This document shows, one piece after another, positions 51,831-64,000 of a DNA stretch of 64,000 nucleotides. Within the stretch, counting starts at the first letter, position 1. Each line of letters starts with the position of its first letter. Origin of the DNA: Carcharhinus amblyrhynchos (lineage: Eukaryota); assembly GCA_965287045.1 (NCBI GenBank), contig OZ336871.1:36890001-36954000 (forward strand), written 5' to 3'. A model generated the notes under the pieces. That model ran no database searches, was not told the origin of the DNA, and was given only the letters and a program-made list of their open reading frames with translations. Made by a program: the position numbers and the translations under genes.

Positions 51831-51995
51831 CCAAATTCAACAAGACCTGGACAATATCCAGCTGTGGGCTGACAACTGGCAAGTAACAACTGCTAGGCAA
51901 TAATAGTCTCCAATAAAAGAGAATAATCATCTCCCCTTAACATTCAATGGCATTACCATGGCTGAATTTCTCATTATCAACATCCTGGGAGTGAG
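51400..51995 (+). mobile_element. LINE RT fragment (CR1/L2 group); its 5' part is mirrored in the left palindrome arm
   Basis: HWLESYLAQKK, GVPQSIVLGPIIFSCFINDFPS and QQDLDNIQLWADNWQV motifs. Confidence 0.85.
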
Positions 51996-52404
51996 GTAAT
52001 GTAAAATCTGCTACATGATTCTTTTGTAGGGGATTAGCTGTCAAGCAGTTCCCACAGACTTGTCCACATGTGGCAACTGGAATAAGCATAGGAATGGTAA
52101 AATGGTCTTCAGGTGTCAGTTCCAGGAGTAGCAAGGTGTGAAGAAAACATTGACTTTAGCCATTTCAGGATTCACTATAATAAAATTGAATGTCCAATGT
52201 GCATCATTTCTTACAAAGTGCACTAGTGTGGTGCTATCATCTGCTCTGACATGACGATCATTTAGGACCAAAAATACTGTGGTGTAGTCTGGGGGTAGTA
52301 TGGGTGATGGCCTGATGAAATGTATGTTTATTGTCAGGGCAATGGGACTGAGAAGAGGTAAGGTTAAGGTATCCACCATAAACTTTGTTCCTCAAAGAAC
52401 ACTG

Positions 52405-54230
52405 AAACATAGAAAATACATGGCACAGAATGAGGCCATTTTGTTCATCGTGTCTGTGCTGGCTGAAAAAGAATTATTTATCCAGATTAATCCCACTTTC
52501 CAACTCTTGGTCCATAGCCCTGTAGGTTATGGCACTACAAGTGCCTATCTAGCGCTTTTTAAATGAAATGAGGTCAGCTGCCTCTTTCATTCTTCTAGGC
52601 AGTGAGTTCCCTCATAAGTTTAAGCACCTCACTTAAAATTCCCCTTTTCCTCCTCTGTTCCAAAGAAAAGGAACACAGTTTATCCAAACTTTTCTCATTG
52701 CAAAAATTCTTCATTCCTGGTAACAATTCTCAGTTTTCTTTCTGTTCTCTCTGGTGCGATCACACCCTTGCTGTGATACAATGATCAGAATTCTCGCTGA
52801 TGTGTCTCACACTTCTCCAGCTGAAATTCCATTTGCCAAAGTTTGTTTCGACCAGACCAGTTTGTTAACAGCTTTCTGCAGTCTACAGCTTCCTCATCAT
52901 TATCAACTATTTGACCAATTTCTGTGTCTTGTAAAAATGTCTAATTCATGTCCTTTACATTTATGTTCAAAACACTGATATGTACCAAGGGACTCTAGTT
53001 CTGAGTTCTACAACATCCCACTTAAAAACTGCCTTCCAATCACACAAAAAAATACAAAAATATTACCTTTTGTTTCCTGTCACTGAGCCAGTTTTGGACC
53101 CAACTTGCCACGTGCCCTTGGATTCCCTGAGCTTTTAATTTTCTGACCAGTCTGCCATGTGGTACCTTGTCAAACATTGTGCTAAAGTCCACGTAGAATT
53201 CAACAAAAATGCTACTCTCATCAACCTTTCAGTTTGTTAGTTTCTCAAAAACATCAATCAAACTAATCAACATGGGGGGGTGATGTTTCAAATAAAAATC
53301 AGTGTTCAATGAGTGGGAAAACGGGAGTCTGTAAGATGATCCATGTCAGTGGCGGTGGGTGGGCTGGGGGGGAGTGGTGGGTAGCGTAAACCCACTAGAA
53401 AGGCCGGTACCAGATTGTTCAATGTACGAGGAGATCAGTGGACATCCCACTCCCAGACATAGCCGCCCTCCAGAACGCCAGCCCCACCACCAACACCCCC
53501 AGACACCCTCCCGCCCCCCCCCACTTTCCCCAGATCACTAGTTTGACTCCGACCTCCAGTCACTGGTTATGACGCCGATCACCAGCCGCCACCCCCCAAT
53601 GCTGAGTCCCTCTTCTCTCCCCTTCTATCTCCCCAGTCTGGCTCTGCCCCATCTGGTCATGTCCCCTGCGAGGCCCCACCCCCTTGGCACAGCCTTGTGC
53701 CATATGCCCCCAACCTCCCGGGGGGACCTCACTGGCGAGGCCATCACGTCTGGGACCCCTTCTTGGCAACCAGCTGTGATGTCCGCTGATGGGAACCTTC
53801 TCCGGCAAGGTCAGAAATCCAGGTGAGCCAGGACAATACCGTCCAGAGCTCGCTAAATAGATTTAAATGAAGGAATGAATATTCAAATCAGCCTCGTGCC
53901 ATTCCCAAGTGTGAGGCTGATTACGTTAAAAGAAAATGGCCTGGGAAGATTACAACCTGTTGGCTGCCGGGCAGGAATTAGATTTTTTGGTCCCGCTTAA
54001 ATTTCCTGCCCCGCCAAGCTAGTCGAGTAGCCTAAGGGGGCAGAAAATCACACCCCAGATCGATTCTGACTGCCCTTTATTAATCCATGCCTTTTCAATG
54101 GTTTACACAGTCTCTCAAAATGTTTTCTAATAATTTGTCCATGACTTAAGTTAGGCTATTAGGACTGTAATGACTCAGTCCACCCATTCCTCACTTTTCA
54201 AATAATCTTCAATGTTAGCAATCATTCGGT
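52405..54230 (-). mobile_element. Old CR1 interrupted by a Harbinger-type TIR element (about 53274-54056)
   Basis: CR1 tail near 52405 and RT remnants (FDKVPH). Insert TIRs GGGGGTGAT and AAATCACACCCC. Confidence 0.65.
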
Positions 54231-54449
54231 CAGCAATGAGACACGCTGTAATGTCTTTTGTAGCAAATTGCTCCATCATGTTGTACTGCAGCCCATCTAT
54301 ACCCAAGTAAGTAAATAACTATTTATTTATTAGTCACAAGTAGGCTTACATTCACACTGCAATGAAGTTACTGTGAAATCCCCTAGTCACCACACTCCAG
54401 CACCTGTTCGGGTGTACCGAAGGAGAATTTAGCATGGCAGTTTTTAGAC

Positions 54450-55203
54450 TGTGGGATGGTAGGGTGTTGGGGAGAGTTACAGAACAAAGAGATCTAGGGG
54501 GTGCATGTTCATAGCTCCTTGAAAGTGGAGTCACAGGTGGACAGATTGGTGAAAAAGGCATTCGGTATGCTTGGTTTCATCGGTCAGAACATTGAATATA
54601 GGAGATGGAATGTCTTGTTGAAGTTGTACAAGACATTGGTATGTCCACACTTGGAATACTGTGTGCAATTCTGGTCACCCTATTATAGAAAGGATATTAT
54701 TAAACTAGAAAGAGTGCAGAAAAGATTTACTAGGATCCTACCGGCACTTGATGGACTGAGTTATAAGGAGAGTTGAATAGACTGGGATTTTTTTGCTCTG
54801 GAGCATAGGAGGCTGAGGGGTGACCTTATAGAGGTCTATAAAATAATGACGGCATAGACAAGAAAGATAGTCAATATCTTTCCCCAAAGGTAGGGGAGTC
54901 TAAAACTAGAGGGCATAGGTTTAAGGTGAGAGGGGAGAGATACAAAAGTGTCCAGAGGAGCTATTTCTTCACACAGAGTGGTCAGTGTCTGGAATAAGCT
55001 GCCAGAGGTTGTTGTAGAGGTGGGTGCAATCTTATCTTTTAAAAAGCATTTAGATAGTTACATGGGTCCGATGGGTATAGAGGGATATGAGGCAAACGCA
55101 GGCAAATGGGATTAGCTTAGGGGTTTTAAAAAGAAAAATAAGGGCGGCATGGTCAAGTTGGGCCAAATCGCCTGTTTCCATTCTATAAACTTCTATGGCT
55201 CTA
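54450..55203 (+). mobile_element. 5'-truncated CR1 LINE preceded by a SINE tail (-, about 54320-54450)
   Basis: SLKVESQVDRLVKKAFGMLGFI..LEYCVQFWSPYYRKD and a CR1 3' end. Confidence 0.9.
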
Positions 55204-55523
55204 AAAAGTCCTGCTCTTCTCTCCAACAGAATTTCCATTTGTCTCTTTTACCCTCTCCACCTTCATTGCTTTCCATTTCCCTCTGGATGTTCAACTTTTG
55301 TTCTACCAGTCACACATTCCGACCACTTGCTGGATGCTTTTAGCATTTTTCTCAGCCTTTATCATCACCATTCACATTCCCTTTATTCAATTACAGTCCT
55401 TCCTCCATCCTCACAGTATAAATCATGTCTGATTTTCTTTGTCTTCAGCTCTGACAAAGAGTCACCCACGTTCATAATGTTGGCTCTATTCTCTCTCCAC
55501 AGATGCTATCAGACCTGCTAAAT

Positions 55524-55840
55524 TTAAGAACATAAGAAATAGGAGCAAGAGTAGGCCATCTGGCCCTTCGAGCCTGCCCCGCCATTCAATAAGATCATGG
55601 CTGATCTGTCGTGGCTCAGTTCCACATTCCCGCCCTCTCCCCATAACCCTTAATCCCCTCTCTTATCAAAAACCCATCAACCCGCGTCTTAAAAATATTT
55701 AGCGAGGCAGCCTCCACCACCTCAACGGGCAGAGAATTCCAGAGATTCACCACCCTTTGAGCGAAGAAGTTCCTCCTCAACTCCGTTCTAAACTGCCCCC
55801 CCTTTATCTTGAGGCTGTGCCCCCTAGTCCTACTGTCCTT
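55524..55840 (-). mobile_element. Short young CR1 3' end
   Basis: Nearly identical to 14252-14565, including the tail. Confidence 0.9.
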
Positions 55841-57339
55841 TCAGTATTTTGCCTTTTAATAGTTTGCATCCCAGTTAGCTGCTGCAGTGCCCATGTCCCT
55901 ACAACTCATGTTCCAAACCACTTGTCTGAACTAATATTGAATGTTGACATAGTTCTTCTGTCAACCACTATCCCTGAAAGTTAATTCCAGTAATATCACA
56001 GCTGTCTCTGTGAAGAACGTTCTCCGGCTCTCTATCCTAATCTAGTAAGGTTAGAGTTGGGTTTCATGCAGGGGAAAATTGTTTGCCGCAACCTCCTTCC
56101 ATTTCCCTTGAAAAAAGGCTGTCCTGCAGCGATAATACAGTGGTAGCCTTAAAAGTGCAATGTGGGACTTCTGCCCTGAGTGGAAGAAATTTGCCTTTGA
56201 GAGCTGGTGATCAATTTAATTAGCCTGCAATTCTTGCAGTCTCAGCAGCACCAAAGCTCAAGGGTGGGCATTGCTGGGACTGCAAGCTGACCTAAACAGC
56301 ATACATTCCAGACTTACTTGGGTAAGTCTGGGTGTTTTGGGCAGGAATAGACAAGGCACCTTAGTGAGGGAGAGGGTGGGGACGGGGGTGTGGTTTGGGA
56401 TACCCCTTCCCATTTTTTTTCACCAGAGTTGGTGTAAAAGCAGCCTGCCCATTCTCACCCTTCTTCCACCACCAACTGCATTATGACATGGGCAGTGCAA
56501 TATTTGGGTCAATTGACATGTTAATAAGCTCAATTGCCTATAAATCAGTTTTTTCAGAATGACAGGTAAGCTGCTGATTTCAGCATTAACCCAACTACTG
56601 GATTATGGGAACTCAACATACTGGCTTTGGGTTCACGATGTCGTCATACTGGATTTTGCGCAGCAGTCCGTGTGTAAAATCCCAGCCTTAAACCCCTATA
56701 CATCCTCAATTATTAGATAGTCCTCCTTTATCTACATTGTCTCATGCTCCTGTAATTTTAAAGACCTATTATTTCTGAAGGAGAAAACCCAGTTTTTCAT
56801 CTCTTTGTATTTTAATTTCCACACATCAATGGACATAATTTTTGACTTCTATTTTCGTGACCTGTGTAATGTTTTTTTTATTGTATTTATCACTATATTT
56901 GACTGCACACTGGCAAATTAATTCGGTATTTGTAGTTTTCTGTGTCTTTATTGCTATATTTATGCCTTTATTTATATCCCAGTTCAATTCAGATTTGTTG
57001 TTTATTTGTGTGATGTTATTTATTAATCGTTCTATTTATAATTATATTTAAGTGTTCGCAGTTTTTGATCCTCCCAATACACATTAACTGTAAAGTATTC
57101 CAAAACAATTATTCAAATGACAGCAATCTCAAGCATTACAAAAACTTAAATATTTAAAAGAATAGAGAATTGACACTTTTTTTTGTAAAATCTTTTTCTT
57201 AATCAGCTGAAGTTTACCTTCTTCAGTTTAACTACTCCAAAGTCTTTTAAGTCCTTGGTACTCAAATAAAGTCACTTGCTTAACTTTCGAGTAACAGTTC
57301 TCTTATTTGATTATCAGTGAAAGTGAGTTGGAATTCAAG

Positions 57340-58490
57340 ATTGTCAATGTTGGAAAGCATCAGCCACTAGCTGATTTGTAGCAGCCCTGAAAGTGGTTGC
57401 TGAGGCCTCCTCACATACTCCAGGAAGCATGCCTGCACCCAAATTCATATGTCCATGTCTTTTGTTTTTGGCACTAAATCATACCCAGAATAAAACTTAA
57501 GTCCTTCCTGAAGGGTAAAGTTGTGCAATGCACAACTTACTATTATAATCTCCAACATTTTCACATGAGAATATTGTAAAGTGTGTCCTGACCTGTCCAG
57601 ACAACGAAACCTGAATGTCCTCTCCATCACCTGACATGTTGAGATATGAGTAGTTGTATCTTTCCAGTGTTACGTGGCTGGTCCTGTGGTATGGTGTCGT
57701 CAAGCATTATCTCTACAGTAACCATGTCACCCAATGGCCATCCTGAACTTTGAGGTAACCCACTCATGTTCTGGTAGGACCTTGAGTTCCCTAGGATGAA
57801 TGAATAATGATCATAACTCTGGTGATTTGGATTGGCAAGAACGATTTGCACTCATGATATTCAAAGAATGGAAGTCCTTTCTCTTGCTATATGAAACAGC
57901 CTCATCATTTGGCACCTCCAGTGAATGGGTTTTCCATCAATAGGCCCAACTACTTTTCAAAAAGTAGCAAACTGTGGAATGCAGTGAATCGTTCCCTCAT
58001 CATGTACCTTGTAGGTATCATGTCAAAATCAATAAAATCAGAAACCTTAGTAACCTGGTGAATGTAGGACCTTGCAGCACTTTGCATGTTACACATCTTT
58101 CCTGACTAAAATGACCCAGATATATAAAAATTCAATACAGCAGTTGCTTTAATTGCCACTGATAAGACGGTGCGGCATATGGAGCTTGATTTTGGGTTAT
58201 CCTGCAAAAAAAGCACAGTCACTTCCCAATTGAAGAATAGTCCCCTGACGCACAACTTTTTCAACATCATATTGAATGATGCCCTCTCCCTATATTCTCT
58301 CAGGGCTGGGTGGTTGATCTTTCCAATCAGCGAATGGGAATGGTGCCTGACTCTTCTTTTGTAATCCGTGTGCCTGCATTGTGCCCTCTGTCTAACACAG
58401 GTGTATAACAGAAAGCAAGACGCCAGAATTGCCAAAAGGCAAAGAATTTTCCACCTCACTAGTTGAATCTGCAAGATGTGCTTCAATTTC
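57340..58490 (-). pseudogene. Degenerate Harbinger/PIF (HARBI1-like, DDE_Tnp_4) transposase
   Basis: LSVAIKATAVLNFYISGSF (N-terminal), QIV..HYSFIL.NS..GWPLGD (catalytic region) and ERTFRFRCLDRSG..LQYS..IIVSCALHN (C-terminal), with multiple frameshifts. Confidence 0.8.
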
Positions 58491-59217
58491 TGTTTAAAAA
58501 ATAGTTTAATTTACATTGAAATCAATTGGACATCATATCATATGTAATATATCGCATAGTCCTTTTGTAAAACATGCTAAATGCCAAATTGCAGGAAAAA
58601 GTTTTTAAAATCACATATCTTTTTAACCATCCTGGAGAGTTACAGATAATTTAAACATCTAATCAAATGTTACAATCTCTAATAAACCCAGGGAATTTTG
58701 CAATACAGCTACTACCAGCTGTGTTTTACTTTCACAAATGCAAACCCGCTCCTACACCTGCAATCAAATCATCTAGTCAGAAACATTCAATTTTCTGAGT
58801 ATCTTTGGCTATCTACCCATGTCTCCATGATTATAACCATTTTTTAAAAAAAATTTAATGGCTAATTACCATGGTTTAATTTAATGGTTATAACCATTTT
58901 TATTTTAAAAATTCAACTATAATATGGAATAACAGCAATTGGGCATCATAAAACCAGCTACCAGAACATAAAACCTTCAAAGTATCTACCCTGCATGTCT
59001 GCACAGTGGGACATCCGCACAGCCCTGACGTGCATCAGTCTCCTATGCTGAGATGTTCTTGTGGTGGAAGGCCTCTCACTTTAGGCCTGCTGTGTGTTAG
59101 TTCCTGGCCTAAGTCATGAGCTAGGTCTTGAAGGAAACAAACCTTGTCAGCAGCCTTTGACTTAACATGTTGTTTTAAGTACAAATGGCAAGAGGACTGC
59201 AGTATTCTTAGGAATGA

Positions 59218-59540
59218 TGGGGTAGCACAGTGGTTAGTACTGCTGCCTCACAGCACCAGGGACCTGGGTTCGATTGTAGCTTTGGGTGGCTGTCTATGTG
59301 GAGTGCACATATTCTCCCTGTGTTTGCATGGATTTCCTCCGGGCTACTCCCACAGTTCAAAGGTGTGCATGTTAGGTGTATTGACCGTGCAAAATTGCCT
59401 CTTAGGGTCCAAAGATGTGTAGGTTAGGGGGATTAACCATGGTAAATGCATAAAATTACAAGGATAGGGTGGAACAGAGGCCTGCGTGGGATGCAGGCTC
59501 AATGGGCTGAACGGCCTCTTTTTCCACTATATGGATTCTA
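59218..59540 (+). mobile_element. HE1-type V-SINE
   Basis: GTAGCACAGTGGTTAGTACTGCTGCCTCACAGC head and a CR1-like tail. Confidence 0.85.
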
Positions 59541-60499
59541 TGGAGGAAGTCTGGAGAGATGCTAGAATTTATGGAGTCCCTGAGAAGTATGTATGACTCC
59601 AAATAAAATGGAAGAAGTGGAAGGAAGAAATCACGATTACTGCCAGCACAATGAACATTCAACTGCATGATAAGCTCCCTATGATTAGCCCTCAGCTGTG
59701 GATTGAAGGAGTGGAAAACCTTTCAGTTGATAAAGATGGCTGACTTCACATGAAGAGCTGCAAGACAATGCGTGGAAGTCTCACATACCTCTGCTGGCAG
59801 GATCAATGGTGGAAAGGGGGAAAATTTGGCAGGAGATCCAAAAATCACTTTCATGCTGGTGTGAAACTACAATGGAAACTCTAGAACAATGTGAGATGCA
59901 AAAGCTGGGACTTACTTGAAGAAGGTCTTGGACTGTCTCCAGAGTTTGGGATGGAGGCTGCCAGCAAGCCTAGAACACTGCAGCAGTGAGTGGCAGGAGT
60001 ATTTATCACGTGGATCTCCCAGCTTCAGTGTCTTCAAGTAGGTCTACATTCCAGCCTGAGAGTGTTTCTGGAGGTCCATCCTGTTTTTTCAGGACGTTCA
60101 TCTTCCAGCCTCAGAGTGTTCCTGGAGATCCATCTTCTTTCTCCAGGAGGTCTGTCTTTTTTCAATGCTGGGCTCCTTTTAAATATGGCATCTGATATGA
60201 TGGTGGGACACGTGCAATCAAGCCTTCCCACTCTGAAGACAAAGCAAAATTAATGCAGAATTAATTACGCTGAGGATGGAAGATATGGTGTGGTTTCCTG
60301 TTAGCTTGGGAAACACTCCCTGTCCCTAGCAAGAGTCTGAGCCCTGAATGAGAGAACTCCATCCAACATGTGCCAATGGTACCCTAGGTCTCTTGGAAAT
60401 CTGCAAGTTGTGCAAAAAATCATCTCATTGCCTGCTTGTTTCTAGTAAGTGTGAATGAGTTGAAGCTGTCTTTCTTTGTTAAGAGAGTTTCATTGAACT

Positions 60500-60600
60500 C
60501 CTTTACACTGCAATCAACTTCCAGATGTTGCCTATATTTCCTGTAGCAACCTGGAAGGAACCAGATGCATAAAAGTTAGGGAAAATAATTTGTATGGTCT
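60500..60600 (-). mobile_element. Second Harbinger transposase N-terminal fragment
   Basis: NFYASGSFQVATGNIGNI matches the Harbinger/HARBI1 FFASGSFQ motif. Confidence 0.6.
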
Positions 60601-61231
60601 TTTGATTTGCACAGTTTATCAGTGTCCCCGTCGTTTGCAATGGAGGCATTGGACAGTGGTTGCAGGCTACTAATCTTGCCCATGAGGGTGCTTTGCACTG
60701 CATTGCTGGTAACATTACTTTGTAGGGCAGTTCAGGAATTGCTTTCCTTGACTTTGATGGTCCCTGCATTTTGGTGATCCGATGTGATGGACTGAGAGTG
60801 GTTTCTGCCCCATATAGTGTCCTTTCTGCTTAAGATGTCCGATGTTGTTCATTTAGCTGTCAGTTTAACTAACTGGATTCCTTGTCTCAGGATATTTAGC
60901 TTGCAAGAGATCAGACTGACAGGTTCCTGGGTGGTTGGATTCTCTTACTAAATTTGGCTCTCGCCAGTATTTTAAAACACAATCAAATTTGACAGTTGTC
61001 TCATTGATAGCATGTCACGCAACGATACTGTCTGTAATTAATCCAATCAAGTAAATAATTGTATTGATTTATTCTGCATTTGACATTTTATCTAAGCCTG
61101 TAGCAACGCTATATCTTAAAAATCTTTTCCTCTAGGAACTCCAATTCTGTGACTGCTGTGGGCCATGGGTGAATCCTCATTGAGCTGGAAGTATGGAATT
61201 ACAATCCACATTGAAGATTTTTTAAAATGTG

Positions 61232-61825
61232 ATGATGTGGAGATGCTGGCGTTGGACTGGGGTGGACACAATAAGAAGTCTCACAACACCAGGTTGAAGT
61301 CCAACAGGTTTATTTGGAATCACAAGCTTTTGAAGTGCTGCTCCTTCATCAGGTGAGTGGGGAGGTGGGTTCACAAACACGGCATTATATAGGCACAGAA
61401 ACAATTGCAAGGTAATGGTTGGGAAGTGAGTCTTAACAGGTAATCAAGTCTTTACAGGTACAGCTAGTCAGAGAGGAGAAAGGGATGATCACAGGTTAAA
61501 AAGGTATGAATTGTCTCAAGCCAGGAGTTCGTAGGATTTTGCATGCCCAGGCCAAATGGTGGGGGTTATAGGTAATGTGACATGAACTCAAGATCCCAGT
61601 TGAGTGTGGAACTTGGCTATCAGTTTCTGCTCAGCAATTCTGTATTGTGTGTTTTGAAGGCTGCCTTGGAGAAGGCTTATCCGAAGATTGGAGGCTGATT
61701 GCCCGTGACTGTTGAAGTGTTTCCCAACTGGAAGGGAACATTCCTGCTTGGTGATTGTCACGTAGTGTCCATTCATCCGTTGTTGTAGCATCTGCATTGT
61801 CTCACCAATGTACCAAGCCTCGGGA
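61232..61825 (-). mobile_element. 5'-truncated Penelope-like element (GIY-YIG endonuclease C-terminus plus pLTR)
   Basis: IGETMQMLQQRMNGH..LPVGKHFN..RIAEQKLIAKF. The pLTR has a mutated hammerhead core (61328-61352). TSD TTTTAAAATGTG at 61220-61231 and 61826-61837. Confidence 0.88.
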
Positions 61826-62313
61826 TTTTAAAATGTGGGTACAGCTTTAAGAGATATAGGGTTCCAAGATAGCATTACTGCTCACTGCCTAACAATGGAT
61901 CTTCCTGCAAAGGGCTTGCTTCCATTCTGCAAACCTCTATGACGGTTTTTGGTATGTTTTCCAAAATGGCAATGGCATGTTGCTGCCTGAAAAAGGGTCT
62001 GGGATGGTTGTGTGGCTCGGCCAGCTGCCGATTTAATTTAATCTGCAATATATCATTGCAAGCTGGGACCCATAGAAAAGATCCATAGGCCATAGGCTTA
62101 TTGTTAAGGAACTAGGACGGTCACAAGGTACCCAATAAACAAAATTAATTTAAATATTTTTTGCTTTGTGAAATTTGGGAACAGAATTAGTGATGTGTTC
62201 CATTCTGACAGATTTTCTGCCTGAGTGAATGAAAAGGAATTTCTCTTGTCTAACTGGCCTGGAATTTAAAAACAGATCTCATCCTTGCAGATTGGGAGCT
62301 CTGCTTGTTGAAG

Positions 62314-63158
62314 CTGGACTGCCAAAGGAGATTCAATGCTTCCAGGTTCTTGGGTCTCTGGAGGTATTTCTTTCTGCCGAATTTTGTCCATGTCCATACC
62401 TTCAGTTGGGAGTTTATTTCAGTCCCAAATCTGTTGAAGGTCTTCTTAATTAATTTCTCTGCATTTTTGTGAGGATAAGGGTTTTTGATGCAGATGCTGT
62501 AACATAAAGATTTAGATACCAGGAAGTAGGCTTTGTCATCGTGACTATATTAACAACACGCCGTTATTAACAACTCACAACTAATATATATATAAATATA
62601 TATATCTGGCCTTCTCTAGACTCAGTAAGAAGTCTCATAACACCAGGTTAAAGTCCAACAGGTTTATTTGGTAGCACAAGCCACTAGCTTTCGGAGCACT
62701 GATCCTTCATCGGGTGAGTGGGATTTCAGTTCACAAACAGGGCATATAAAGACACAAACTCAATTTACAATTTACAAAATAATGTAAACCCCAGTCCCAC
62801 GCCAGATCTCCACATCTTCTCCAGACTGACCTTGGTTCTAGATCATGCACCTTCTTAAGTAACTGTGTGGCAGTACTTCATGTTACCGCATCTGCATCAA
62901 AAACCCTTATCCTCACAAAAATGCAGAGAAATTAATTAAGAAGACCTTCAACAGATTTGGGACTGAAATAAACTCCCAACTGAAGGTATGGACATGGACA
63001 AAATTCAGCAGAAAGAAATACCTCCAGAGACCCAAGAACCTGGAAGCATTGAATCTCCTTTGGCAGTCCAGTTATTAATAACGGCGTGTTGTTAATATAG
63101 TCAAGATGACAAAGCCTACTTCCTGGTCTCTAAATCAGGAATCTTCATGTTACAGCAT
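62314..63158. repeat. Permuted inverted duplication (A-B ... A'-B')
   Basis: 62314-62509 is the reverse complement of 62876-63071, and 62509-62575 is the reverse complement of 63070-63136, with about 3 mismatches each. Confidence 0.9.
62623..62815 (-). mobile_element. Penelope-like pLTR fragment plus inverted 3' tail, with 12-bp TSD
   Basis: TSD CTTCTC(T/C)AGACT at 62611-62622 and 62816-62827. Hammerhead-like CCGAUGA..GAAA at 62689-62713, and an inverted terminus CCCCAGTCC..CCACATC. Confidence 0.8.
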
Positions 63159-64000
63159 TCTCAGTCCACAATAGCCCCACATACACCTGACCCTTCTATT
63201 ACTCAAAACTCATTGCCAGTTAAAATCTAGGCCATAGAATGGATGTGTATAACTATGCTATATCAATAGAGAGGATGCTGAATCAATAGAGGCTGATTAC
63301 CATAGTAAAAGATTACAATGTTCTAGGACTAGCTCAGTCCAGAAAGTTCAGATTCTGTGATCCAATGCTTTAAAAAGGGAGTGGTGTTCATGCAGAATAT
63401 ATCTCAGGACACTACAGATGGACAGTGTAAGATTTTTCAGCTCCTAAAATGAATGGACAGAAAATAGTGGATCAGAAGTTTGTAACCTTCCCCAGAGATG
63501 CTTCCAGCAGGGGCACTGGATAACAAAATCATCCCTTAACATTTTTGTATGAATATGAACTGCTTGATGGTGCTGGTAGTGGGTTAGTGGGGGCGGGGGG
63601 GAGGCATTGAGGGGTGCAGTGGTATACTTAGGTCTCTCTAAGGAGAGTGACAAGAGAAACCATACACCAGCTCTTTTGATATGTTTTAATAATCCAATTT
63701 ATTTCATTTATATTGTGGAGCAGGATTTCTTAAAAATTCAAAAAACAAATTATTTGACAAACAATAAAAAGATAACCTTTGAAGACAACAATCACCTTTA
63801 TAACACCAATTGTGCATCATGTATGGTGCTATTTGTGAAATGCTGATAATTAAAGAATAGCTAGATTACTTCCATTTCATTAAATTTAATATATAATTTC
63901 TCAATGTTTACTTTTTAAGCACGCAATAGTCAGGTAAACAACTGTTATAAAGTTCCACAGGAGGAACTTTGCAATTATGTGTTGACGTTAAAAAAAGAGT

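Noticed and set aside
49413-51886. Two ORFs with identical N-termini (49413..49637 - and 51644..51886 +) as a duplicated gene
   Set aside because: They are the same LINE RT fragment mirrored by the palindrome.
57340-58490. Domesticated HARBI1 gene
   Set aside because: Multiple frameshifts, deletions and altered catalytic-region motifs.
60040-60150. About 53-bp imperfect tandem duplication producing repetitive ORFs
   Set aside because: Two diverged units only, with no splice signals or protein similarity recognised.
252-63846. Most short ORFs in the supplied six-frame track as genes
   Set aside because: They are TE fragments, antisense frames of TEs or RNF182, or low-complexity translations without recognisable host protein motifs.

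Overview
Repeat-dense vertebrate genomic DNA, very probably from a shark or other cartilaginous fish, judged from HE1-type V-SINEs, HER1/CR1 LINEs and shark-type Penelope and Harbinger elements. The only intact host gene is a single-coding-exon RING E3 ligase, RNF182 or a close paralogue (33443-34183, +). Nearly all other ORF-track entries are fragments of CR1, L2 and RTE LINEs, SINEs, Harbinger/PIF remnants, Penelope-like elements (PLEs) and one old, heavily nested Gypsy LTR element (about 44795-51370, -). Four structures stand out. (1) A spacer-less 2.38-kb palindrome (49451-51830; 1190-bp arms, one mismatch) is centred on a Penelope terminus and was created by an insertion flanked by a 15-bp target-site duplication (TSD). 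(2) An orphan CDS2 (CDP-diacylglycerol synthase) exon with both splice sites is fused to a 5'-truncated CR1 and inserted inside another CR1. (3) A circularly permuted inverted duplication lies at about 62.3-63.2 kb. (4) Several short PLE insertions carry long TSDs and hammerhead-ribozyme cores. TE boundaries were read by eye and are approximate unless exact motifs are quoted.
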